In this document: piece by piece, positions 28,061-36,952 of the stretch
How the letters are laid out: every line of letters begins with the position of its first letter
Position numbering within the stretch: the stretch's first letter is position 1
Assembly (NCBI GenBank): GCA_963663965.2
Contig: CAXXFK010000040.1
Location: forward strand, 96,001-160,000
Length of the DNA: 64,000 nucleotides
Origin: Sedimentisphaerales bacterium
Lineage (GTDB): Bacteria > Planctomycetota > Phycisphaerae > Sedimentisphaerales > SM23-30
Reading direction: 5' to 3'
The notes under the pieces: generated by a model
Database searches by the model: none
Told to the model about the DNA's origin: nothing
The model's input: the letters and a program-made list of their open reading frames with translations, nothing else
Translations under genes and position numbers: made by a program

Positions 28061-30802
28061 TTACTGAATATTCAACCAGAACTTGACAAACTGATCCAGA
28101 TCCATGACATCGACCTTGCAGTCAGCGTTATAATCGCCCTGCGGAGCCGATTGACACTCACCGGCGTCCTGCATCCAGAAACCGGTAAACGTGCTGAAGT
28201 CGGTCAGATCGATCTGCATATCCTCGTTAAAATCACTGCGAGAAGCCAGCACTCGGATTTCCGCCCGGGTCAGTGGCCGCTCATAGATACGGAAATCGTC
28301 GAGGATACCGTTGCAGTCATCCTGGTCCGGATGGCCGCCGCCCAGATAGAGTTGGTTACCGGGATCGACCCAGTCGTTATCCAGATTTTCTGCAACCAGT
28401 TCGCCATTGATGAACAGTTGCTCATCCACTCTGGCCGGATCTTCCGGATTTCGCCGCCAGGTCATGACGATATGATACCAGTTGTCCTGCTCCATCCAGA
28501 AGCCCCGGAGATAACCGGACTGCAGGCGGGCGGAAAACTCGCCGGTGCTATAGATCCACATTTCCCAGTCGTTAGCTTCCACAACATTATCCAGAATGGC
28601 ATTGTAATTGTAAATCTGTTCGGGTTTGAACCACAGCGAAACGGTCCCTCGATCGGCATAGGTATAATCTACCGCGACAAAATCGTTATCTGAGGGATCC
28701 TGGGTGCCTGACAGGCGCAGGCCCTGTCCCAGCATGCCGGGAACATATTCATGGCTGCCATTGGCGCCATCAACCAGACGACTGGGCACTTCACCCACAA
28801 TCGTATTCGGATCGCCGTCCAGGGGCAAATGTACCACCAGACCGATATAACCATAGGGATAAACATCAATCGACATCGTGTCAGACGAATCAAACTGACC
28901 ATCGCTGGCGTATAACATAAAGGTATAGGTGCCCGGCGCCGAAATGGTTACGGAGGTGTCTTCGAGACTGGCATCCGCAATCACATAGTCGTTGGGCCCC
29001 TGAACTTTGGACCACAGATAGGTCATCTTACCCAGCGGGCTGCCATCGACATCCTCGACCGTACCATCCAGTGCCAGGGTCACCTGACCATTTTCCTCCA
29101 GCCAGGCCGCTTGATCCGCAGGTACTGTCACCAGCGGCGGCTTGTTGCCGAGATAGACCAGCGACAACACTTCTTCATCGGATATAGCGCGATTATAGAG
29201 CCGGACATCGTCATAAGTACCGTTACCAAAATCGTTACCGGCATTACCGCCGCTGAGGTAGAAGGTACTGCCCGGATTGACCCATGCACCCGTATCGGTC
29301 TGGGCCAGTAATCCATTGACATACAATTTCACTTCAACCTGATTATCGGTACGCTCCCAGGTACCGGCCAGATGCCACCATTTATTCAGGCAATTGCCAT
29401 CCTCGGCCAGACTGTTCAGGTTGGCGGTGACATAGGAGTCACTCTGCACCCGGAAACGAATACGGGAATCGCTATAAATCCACATCTCCCAGTCATCACC
29501 GTTACCCGAGTTATCAAAGACGGCATGATAATTATAGAGCTGGCGGGGATTATACCACATGGCAAACGAACCATTGTCGGGCATAACCAGATCGACTGAG
29601 GCGTAATCACCCTCGGTACTGAAATCGCCATTCTGCAGATTTAATCCATTACCATACTTACCCGTCGTATAAGAAGACAAACCGCCGCTGCCATTAATCA
29701 AGGTTCCATCATTCATGTTACCGGAAACATCCTGAATGGTTTTACCGTTCCAGGTTTCTTCGAAATCCCAGTGCATGATCAGGCCGCCGTAATTATAAGG
29801 CCGGACGACCACCAGAACGGTATCCCATTCCTGCAACGAGCCATCATCAGCCGTCACTCGGAGCAGATACCGTCCGGGTGAGCTGATAATCGGTTGAGCG
29901 TCTTCCAGGGTGGCATCTTCAAAAACAATATCATTGGGACCGGCAATCTTTTCCCACAGCACGCTGTAGGCTCCGTCATCCACAATTGTGGCATCCAGAT
30001 TCACTACAACGCTGCCCCCTTCACCTAATTCAACTTCCTGGAATTCACCGGCGTCGACTTCCGGACCAAGATTTTCGTTATAGACACTATCGCCGGCTGA
30101 CTGTAACGCCACAATTTCACCGGGAGCCAGGGGAACATCCCACATGGCAATGGTTGAGATCTCAAAAGTGCCATCGTCACCATCCGGTACACCCTGGGCA
30201 TCCGTTCCGCAACAGAATAGCAAAAGCGTCTCGGCCAGACTGAAGCGGCCATCGATAGCCTGCGGATTGCCGATCAAGACACGATGCCCATCCATGTAGA
30301 GATCCTGACGCAACCCGTTATCGACCACCAGCACCATACGATACCAGGTATCCGGCCCGGTGACATATCCAGACGCGCTGGTATAACCTACCGCGCCAAT
30401 ACCTATGGCTCCAGTATTATTGATCGTCCAGTCTGAATCGTCCCCGGGTGTTCTCTCAGGATCGGTCTGAATCAGGTCGTTATAACCCTCTGTCAGACTG
30501 GATGGCGGATACTTGAAATCGATCAGGATAGTGTATTCATTGACTTTTTCGCCATCGCCATTGGGGGCGATGCCATGGGTCAGGGTATAATAACTGCCTT
30601 CTTCGATCAGAATGGCGCCGTCAGAACCATCAACTCCGCTGATAACATCAACACTTCCGGTCAACGCCAGGGCGGCGCCGACGGTAGCGGCGTTGGGATC
30701 CGAGGCTTCAAAGGTCCATAAACCGACCGGTTCACGAACGCCGGCATTCAACGTTACCGACAAAGCCAACAACATAACCAGTAAAAACCAGGACTTCCTC
30801 AT
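28061..30802 (-). CDS. Secreted multi-LamG (concanavalin-like) protein with PKD-like linkers and C-terminal dockerin-like pair
   Basis: Three jelly-roll domains (W.H...W, YVNG, DD.R.Y.R.L); PEVDAG/PLVTVP PKD-like segments; DFNED..DL.D and DYNADCKVD..D. Confidence 0.85.
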   Translation of the reverse strand: MRKSWFLLVMLLALSVTLNAGVREPVGLWTFEASDPNAATVGAALALTGSVDVISGVDGSDGAILIEEGSYYTLTHGIAPNGDGEKVNEYTILIDFKYPPSSLTEGYNDLIQTDPERTPGDDSDWTINNTGAIGIGAVGYTSASGYVTGPDTWYRMVLVVDNGLRQDLYMDGHRVLIGNPQAIDGRFSLAETLLLFCCGTDAQGVPDGDDGTFEISTIAMWDVPLAPGEIVALQSAGDSVYNENLGPEVDAGEFQEVELGEGGSVVVNLDATIVDDGAYSVLWEKIAGPNDIVFEDATLEDAQPIISSPGRYLLRVTADDGSLQEWDTVLVVVRPYNYGGLIMHWDFEETWNGKTIQDVSGNMNDGTLINGSGGLSSYTTGKYGNGLNLQNGDFSTEGDYASVDLVMPDNGSFAMWYNPRQLYNYHAVFDNSGNGDDWEMWIYSDSRIRFRVQSDSYVTANLNSLAEDGNCLNKWWHLAGTWERTDNQVEVKLYVNGLLAQTDTGAWVNPGSTFYLSGGNAGNDFGNGTYDDVRLYNRAISDEEVLSLVYLGNKPPLVTVPADQAAWLEENGQVTLALDGTVEDVDGSPLGKMTYLWSKVQGPNDYVIADASLEDTSVTISAPGTYTFMLYASDGQFDSSDTMSIDVYPYGYIGLVVHLPLDGDPNTIVGEVPSRLVDGANGSHEYVPGMLGQGLRLSGTQDPSDNDFVAVDYTYADRGTVSLWFKPEQIYNYNAILDNVVEANDWEMWIYSTGEFSARLQSGYLRGFWMEQDNWYHIVMTWRRNPEDPARVDEQLFINGELVAENLDNDWVDPGNQLYLGGGHPDQDDCNGILDDFRIYERPLTRAEIRVLASRSDFNEDMQIDLTDFSTFTGFWMQDAGECQSAPQGDYNADCKVDVMDLDQFVKFWLNIQ

Positions 30803-30871
30803 TGGTCTTCTCCTATAACTAGAGATTAATAAAACACTAACAACAAAACGTTCAAACCGGATAGTCCGGTC

Positions 30872-31639
30872 TTATTTCTGCATGTTCTTGACCGCTTCCG
30901 GGGTCATTTTATAACCATCCGGGGCGCTCAAACGCCAGGTATCCAGTCGGGTCACCTCTTCGACATGCCCATCGATAAACACCGCATTCACAACACCATC
31001 TTCCATATCCGGTTTCCGGGCGTTATGAAAGGTGCCAAAACTGTCCCACGCTGGATCATGATAAGCCCAAAAAGCCGTGTCATTAAACGCGTAACTATTG
31101 TAAGGGGGGGTTATCCATAAATTTTCTTCGCCGAAGAAAAATACTTCGGCGTGACGTTTGATTGCTGAAATCTTTTTTTCATATAAATACGCGTTCATCG
31201 AATAAGAATAATTCGGTTTAATGGGGATGCCCGGCGCATGACTGGGATGTTGATCGCCTTTCTTGCGGGCCACATTTAAAAATGTTGGACATAAATGAAT
31301 ATCCTTGGTTTTGAGATATTTCCAGAAAGGACCGGCATATTGCGGATACAGATTCAAGTCAAAATCCGGATTATGCCAGCGGCAGTAGCGATGGGGTTCA
31401 CCGGGATATTCCTCATGACTGTTATAAAAACACATCCAGGGATTGGGCATAACCCCATTGTTATCATCGGCGTACATGGTCGCCAGCACGCCGTAGGATT
31501 TCAGATTGGTTTTACAGACCGCAAATTTAGTTTGTTCCCGCGCCTTGCCCAGAGCCGGCATCAGAATAGAAACCAGTAAAGCAATGATCGAAATCACTAC
31601 CAGCAGTTCAATTAAAGTAAATCCTTTTCGCTTGTTCAT
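30872..31639 (-). CDS. DUF1559-type prepilin N-terminal cleavage/methylation protein
   Basis: [35 protein letters not shown]-terminal H...N..F.DGHV. Confidence 0.92.
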   Translation of the reverse strand: MNKRKGFTLIELLVVISIIALLVSILMPALGKAREQTKFAVCKTNLKSYGVLATMYADDNNGVMPNPWMCFYNSHEEYPGEPHRYCRWHNPDFDLNLYPQYAGPFWKYLKTKDIHLCPTFLNVARKKGDQHPSHAPGIPIKPNYSYSMNAYLYEKKISAIKRHAEVFFFGEENLWITPPYNSYAFNDTAFWAYHDPAWDSFGTFHNARKPDMEDGVVNAVFIDGHVEEVTRLDTWRLSAPDGYKMTPEAVKNMQK

Positions 31640-32805
31640 AGTCTCTCCGAAGATTTGATTTGTTTTAACGCTAACCTGGGCTTTGAACCTGTTTTGATGA
31701 ATCCGATAGCCACCCGCTTCGATTTAAGTCCGACCCCATCCCAATTAACAGTCATCTTTACCCTTGCCAGAAAATTTCCTGAAAACATATCACCCGGACA
31801 CAACCGTTGCTGTTTATCAAACCAACGATGCGCCAACAAAGTCACCAGAGCGCCAGATTCCAGATACTGATCCTGTTTCGTCATAGCTGATCTCTCAGGT
31901 CAATGTCACACTGAATACTACTCAATAACGTTCTCAAATTTTTCAACCAATCAAGGCGCATCACCAGACGTTCTCGAACCGGCCAGGCTATTGAGATCAT
32001 TTCTGAAGATCGCCTTCGATATCGATAGAGGCATAAACGCCCTGCGTTATCAATAAATGAGTCGAAATACCCCGCTACCTCTGTCAGGCATCGATTCTTT
32101 TTTCTCAGAGACGCTGACAGTCTGGTATGAAAAATTTGATTTTCGGTTTCTTCGCTTTTCCTTTGCGATTCTTCCTCCCCTGTAAGATAATTCCACACCG
32201 CATACTCTGCGACATCCCCACTCAGGCTGCTTGTCCACAAGTTGTATAACCGAATTATCTTATATGTTAAGTAAATAGTAAGCCATGTTTTCTGGGCTGT
32301 CAATAACCATTTTTTGATTTTTTTAAGCCTTTTTTCCGTTTGGGCAATAAATATCAAGATGGCACCCTCAATATTGCTCCATAAAACCAGAGCCATCTGT
32401 TTAAATTTTAAATACTTAGTGATTTTAATTCTCATTTCTGGACTCCCTGCGGGCAGGCAACGCAACAGAGTATATTCGCCCGGGGTTCTGAAGCTTTTTA
32501 TTACAATACAGTAACCAGACAATGAAACTTGTAAAAGTGAGAACCCGATTAACATTTGATTAGGTTTCAGTGAGCCTGACTCCAAGACAATCTGCCGGCG
32601 TAGGTTACATCAATTTTTCAATAAATGGTTCGAGTCGTCGTTAGCTCGAATACGATTGTTGCCATCAGATCACAATTCGTCAGTAATACTCAAGTTAAGA
32701 GTGAAATAAATAACAACCAGTAAAAATTAAAATATGATAAAAATTTTCCAAATAGAGGTATTCAAGAGAAAAAAGATCGGCTGTTATTTCAACCTTGACC
32801 CGGCT

Positions 32806-35800
32806 TTATTCCGCCAATAGTTTCTGAATGTACCACCGGGTATCAACCTGGTCGCTTTTTGGGGTGAGTAACAGAGATCCATCCGGTCCGATCAGAAAAT
32901 AGCTGGGAGCGATATCCTCAACCCCGTAATCGGATGACATTTTTGAATGTCGTCCGATACGCACCTGCGGCCAGGGCAGCTGACAGGAATCGACATGTTT
33001 TTTAACGACGAAGTCGGCATTATCCATACTCAATCCGATCAGCTCAAACCGGTCGCCGTACGATGCTTTCAGATCAGCATACATCTCCTTAAGCTCAGGA
33101 ACGTTGGCCACACACGGACCGCACCAGGTCGCCCAGAAATAAAGGATCACTACTTTGCCGCGATAATCCTGCAGCCGGATCGTTTTGCCGTCCAGCGTCT
33201 TAAGGGAAAACGACGGCGCAGGCTTTTTGCCGCCAGATAAATCATGAATCGAAACCTGATCAGGCAATACCCGATTCTCTTCAATGACCAGCGCTTTGGC
33301 ATCCAGATGGGGCATGGCAGCCAGAAAACTCTGACGGGCAATCTGGCCTATCATCCGGCTGGTCAGGATATTCAGATAACCCAGCGCCGGCAATCGTGAC
33401 AAACGGTCCAGACTTCCATCCGTGAAACTGCCCGTTAACCGCACAAAATTCAATTGATCCATACCCGCCAGATTATCCAGACATTCATTCGTCAGATAAG
33501 GGCTGCCGATAACCAGTTTGGTCAGATTGGTCAAACCCTTCAAATGGGCAAATCCCGCGTTGGTAATGGCGGAATGCTGGGTCAGGCCGACCTGAAACCA
33601 TCTCAAATTATGCAGATGCTTCAAGGTGCTGAGATCCTCGTCACTCAAGGCGTCGTAGATACGGACATTATCGATGCGACTGAGCCCCAGGGTCAGTGTC
33701 AGTTCTTCCAGGTTGTGCAACCCCGACAGGTCCAGTCCGGTATCATCCTGCCTGACCTCGGTGATCTTCAAGCGCTTCAGCTTTCCCAGCCGGTTCAATC
33801 CGGATATGCCCGCGATGGAAGCGTTTTTGCAGGTCAACGACAGATCTTCCAATTCTGTCAGTGAGTTGATCTTGACCAGTCCGGCATTGGTTATCGCCGG
33901 CGCGATCAGGTTCAAGGTTTTCAGTTTATTCAAATTGATCAGAGCGTCCAGACCCGCGTCGGAAAATCCAGTACCACCGATTAATAAATACTCCAGTTGG
34001 GTTAATTGAGACAGATGTTTCAGGGCGGCATCGTTCAGCGGGCTGTTCGTATAACCGCCCACCCATAAATGCCGCAGGTTTTTCAAAGTGGCAATCCGGG
34101 CCAGTCCCTGATCGGTTATACCGCCGTTGGGCAGATCCAGATATGTTAATGACGGGATCCGGGCCAGATGCGCCATCCCGGCATCGGTTATTTGGGTCTG
34201 GCCGGCGTCGCGCTTGCCGATATCCAGTTTTTGCAGATTGGGCAACGCCGTCAGGCTGGCCAGCCCCTGGTCGCTGACCTGGGTATTATAAAGGCACAAA
34301 TGCTTCAGCGCGGGCAACCGGGATAAATGCCGCACACCCTCATCACCGATAGACTGATGCATCACATTGACAATTTCCAGGGAAGGAATGGCCGTTAGAT
34401 GCGCCAGACCGGCATCGGTAAAATTAGTACCGCTGAGAATAAGATATCGCAATGTCTTCAGGCCGGTAATATTCGCAAGACCCTCGTCGCCAATGCGTTC
34501 ACCGCCCAGCGACAGTTCTTCAATCGTTTCAGATTTCGACAATGCCTTCAGGCCCTGGTTGGTAATACGGGTGTTATTCCCAACCAGATACAAACCTTTC
34601 AGGGCCGGCAGCTGGACCGCACGATTTAAACCGGTGTTCCCGACTTTGTCGGACAGATTTAATCTTTCCAGTAAAATCAGTCGCGCAATATGATCCAGGC
34701 CCTGGCTGGAAATGTCACCGGCCAGAGTTAATTCACGCAGGCCGGTCAGCTGGGTGACAAAATCCATACAGCTGTCGTTTGCGCTTGCCGGTAATGTCAG
34801 GGCATACAAATCATCCGGCTGCAACTGTCCCAGCGGAGACAGATCGCTGGCAGCCTGTTCACTGACATACAAATGAACCCGCTTCCCTGCCGGAACCGAC
34901 ACCTCGCCCCGGGCATGGCTGAGATAACTGGCTTTATCGCCCCAGTTGACATTGTTATCCCAGTAATGAAATGTCTGGACTTCTCTTTTCAAGCTGTCAT
35001 CCATAATCATAAGCCGGCCCAGCGAACAATCCTCGGGAAAATGCAAAATCCGGCCGGGAATCGTGAGGGCGGCTGGTTCTGCCTGCGTCAGACTGAATCC
35101 GCCAATCAGGGCCAGCATGAAAACACCCAAACCCAGCGACAACGCCATCCACTGGCGCGGCAGACGAGCAGGATATAAACGCTGTTTCAGAATACGAATA
35201 CGTGATACTACTTCTGCGGAACGCGCCATGGGTATCCCGCCCAGGGCAGGCACGGGACCGAGGATTTCCAGGGCAATCGCCGCCAGGGTACTCGAATAAG
35301 ATCGGGAATCGCCGATATAGTTCGCCGCAACCGCGTCTCCGGCCTCTTCGCAGGCGGCGCCATGGGCATCACGCGTCTTCCAGACCAGCGGATGGAACCA
35401 GTAAGCCATCTGGATTAGACGATTCAGCAACAGCCAGAACAGATCTCTCGATTTGATATGCGCGATTTCATGGGCCAATACCCCCGGCAACTGACTGCGA
35501 TAACCATCGGCAAGCATACGTTCCGGAATAATAATGACCGGTTTGGCTAACCCGGCAAGAAACGGCGTTCCCAGCCGGTCAGAATAACGCAATTGAATGG
35601 TGGCATTTACCTGGAAATCTTGCGCCACTCGATTTAGTAATGATTGCAATGGCTCCGGAGCCGGTACCGCCACAGAAACCATTATCCGGATCCGTAACCA
35701 GCCGCAGAGTGTCAGGCCCAACGCCACAACAACGATCAGTCCCCAGGCCGCCGGCAACAGCGAAGATCCATTTTTTCTGATCCAGACCTTAAATGAAACG

Positions 35801-36168
35801 GATGCGTTGACTGACGCCGCAGGCGCCCGAGCAATCACATGGACTTCTGGATCTGTTGCATTGGAGAGCTCCGATCCCTCGACCGGATGGTCCATTGACA
35901 AAACAGCGTCATAGGGGGTATATGCGTCGGCGGCCCTGATGGTCTGTGAGGGCGGCGCAATGGCAACTTTCAGGTAGCCGATAGGAGTCAGAACCGGAAT
36001 GAGTACCAGCCCCGTCAGACAGCTACGCCATACGATCTGACGCCAGCGCGGATTTTGCCGGCGCAAGATACCATTCAAAGACCAGCCAATCAGGAGCAGA
36101 AGTGTGCTTTTTAATAAAATCGACAAGGGCAACGGCAGATCGACCAAGACATTGATGAAACTTCCCAT
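32806..36168 (-). CDS. BlaR1-like M56 peptidase fused to leucine-rich repeats and a C-terminal TlpA-like thioredoxin
   Basis: LAHEIAH, WFHPLVW; many ITD.GL..L..L..L..L.L repeats; FWATWCGPC. Confidence 0.9.
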   Translation of the reverse strand: MGSFINVLVDLPLPLSILLKSTLLLLIGWSLNGILRRQNPRWRQIVWRSCLTGLVLIPVLTPIGYLKVAIAPPSQTIRAADAYTPYDAVLSMDHPVEGSELSNATDPEVHVIARAPAASVNASVSFKVWIRKNGSSLLPAAWGLIVVVALGLTLCGWLRIRIMVSVAVPAPEPLQSLLNRVAQDFQVNATIQLRYSDRLGTPFLAGLAKPVIIIPERMLADGYRSQLPGVLAHEIAHIKSRDLFWLLLNRLIQMAYWFHPLVWKTRDAHGAACEEAGDAVAANYIGDSRSYSSTLAAIALEILGPVPALGGIPMARSAEVVSRIRILKQRLYPARLPRQWMALSLGLGVFMLALIGGFSLTQAEPAALTIPGRILHFPEDCSLGRLMIMDDSLKREVQTFHYWDNNVNWGDKASYLSHARGEVSVPAGKRVHLYVSEQAASDLSPLGQLQPDDLYALTLPASANDSCMDFVTQLTGLRELTLAGDISSQGLDHIARLILLERLNLSDKVGNTGLNRAVQLPALKGLYLVGNNTRITNQGLKALSKSETIEELSLGGERIGDEGLANITGLKTLRYLILSGTNFTDAGLAHLTAIPSLEIVNVMHQSIGDEGVRHLSRLPALKHLCLYNTQVSDQGLASLTALPNLQKLDIGKRDAGQTQITDAGMAHLARIPSLTYLDLPNGGITDQGLARIATLKNLRHLWVGGYTNSPLNDAALKHLSQLTQLEYLLIGGTGFSDAGLDALINLNKLKTLNLIAPAITNAGLVKINSLTELEDLSLTCKNASIAGISGLNRLGKLKRLKITEVRQDDTGLDLSGLHNLEELTLTLGLSRIDNVRIYDALSDEDLSTLKHLHNLRWFQVGLTQHSAITNAGFAHLKGLTNLTKLVIGSPYLTNECLDNLAGMDQLNFVRLTGSFTDGSLDRLSRLPALGYLNILTSRMIGQIARQSFLAAMPHLDAKALVIEENRVLPDQVSIHDLSGGKKPAPSFSLKTLDGKTIRLQDYRGKVVILYFWATWCGPCVANVPELKEMYADLKASYGDRFELIGLSMDNADFVVKKHVDSCQLPWPQVRIGRHSKMSSDYGVEDIAPSYFLIGPDGSLLLTPKSDQVDTRWYIQKLLAE

Positions 36169-36187
36169 GCGGAACGCTCCTTAATCT

Positions 36188-36562
36188 TTATTTTGATGAT
36201 TTTTCCCGTGATTTATTTTTGGCCACGGCTTCCAACTCCAATAGCTCCTCTTTGCTCAACTTCTCGTTTTTGATCAATTCGGCGATAAAACCGGCCGTCG
36301 AGCCATTGGCATAAACCTCCACCAACCGCCGAACCAGTGTCTTCAACGAATTTTTCCGTTGGGTGATCGCTTGGTAGTAATAGGCCTTACCTACCTTGAT
36401 ACGCGAGACATGCCCCTTTTCCAACAACACTTTCAACTGAAAACGTAAAGCCGCGTTCTTAATGTCCCGACTGTATTTCTCCTGGATTTCGGAGGGCTTG
36501 AGTTCCCCGTGTTTCCATAGGATCTTCATGACTTCCAACTCGGTCGCGGTAAATGATGACAT
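36188..36562 (-). CDS. BlaI/MecI/CopY-family repressor
   Basis: ELEVMKILWK, LLEKGHVSR.K.GKAYYY; directly upstream of an M56 gene. Confidence 0.92.
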   Translation of the reverse strand: MSSFTATELEVMKILWKHGELKPSEIQEKYSRDIKNAALRFQLKVLLEKGHVSRIKVGKAYYYQAITQRKNSLKTLVRRLVEVYANGSTAGFIAELIKNEKLSKEELLELEAVAKNKSREKSSK

Positions 36563-36594
36563 GACAGAATCTCCTGTTTAAATAACTAGCTATA

Positions 36595-36651
36595 TGTAGA
36601 ATATACTACAGATTCAGGAGAAAGCAAATTTTTTATGTAGTTTTTTCTACA
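36595..36651. promoter_or_regulatory. Two TGTAG-N6-CTACA inverted repeats, putative operators of the first BlaI
   Basis: 36595-36610 and 36636-36651, 41 bp apart, just upstream of the repressor start. Confidence 0.65.
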
Positions 36652-36719
36652 CTTCAATTCTGTCACACAGATTGCCCTCTTTCAACCCTTTGAAAACAAG
36701 CTAGTTACACCCTTTACCA

Positions 36720-36840
36720 TTGAATTTTCCGTTGCGCCGGGAGATAACTATTTGACGAGTAATTTAAATTTCGAGCGACTGGGAATTTATACCCAATGAG
36801 TAAAGTAATGATATTCCCCGAACTTCTTAGATCAATTTCC
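36720..36840 (+). repeat. Second copy of the non-coding motif at 6868-7000
   Basis: Colinear similarity; no plus-strand gene follows this copy. Confidence 0.7.
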
Positions 36841-36952
36841 CACAGATGAAGCGATGGGCATAGAGAAACAAGCTAATCCGACAGCAATGAGTCCTGAAAA
36901 CGTTGAGTTATCGATAACATACCAATGAATATCAGGCAACAGGAAGGCAGAT

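Noticed and set aside
31889..31900. TCTCTCAGG, a glycine-riboswitch-like word
   Set aside because: Wrong strand for the adjacent operon and the other conserved blocks are missing
31881..32585. 234-aa ORF and neighbouring short ORFs
   Set aside because: No motif, spans AT-rich promoter-like DNA, atypical composition
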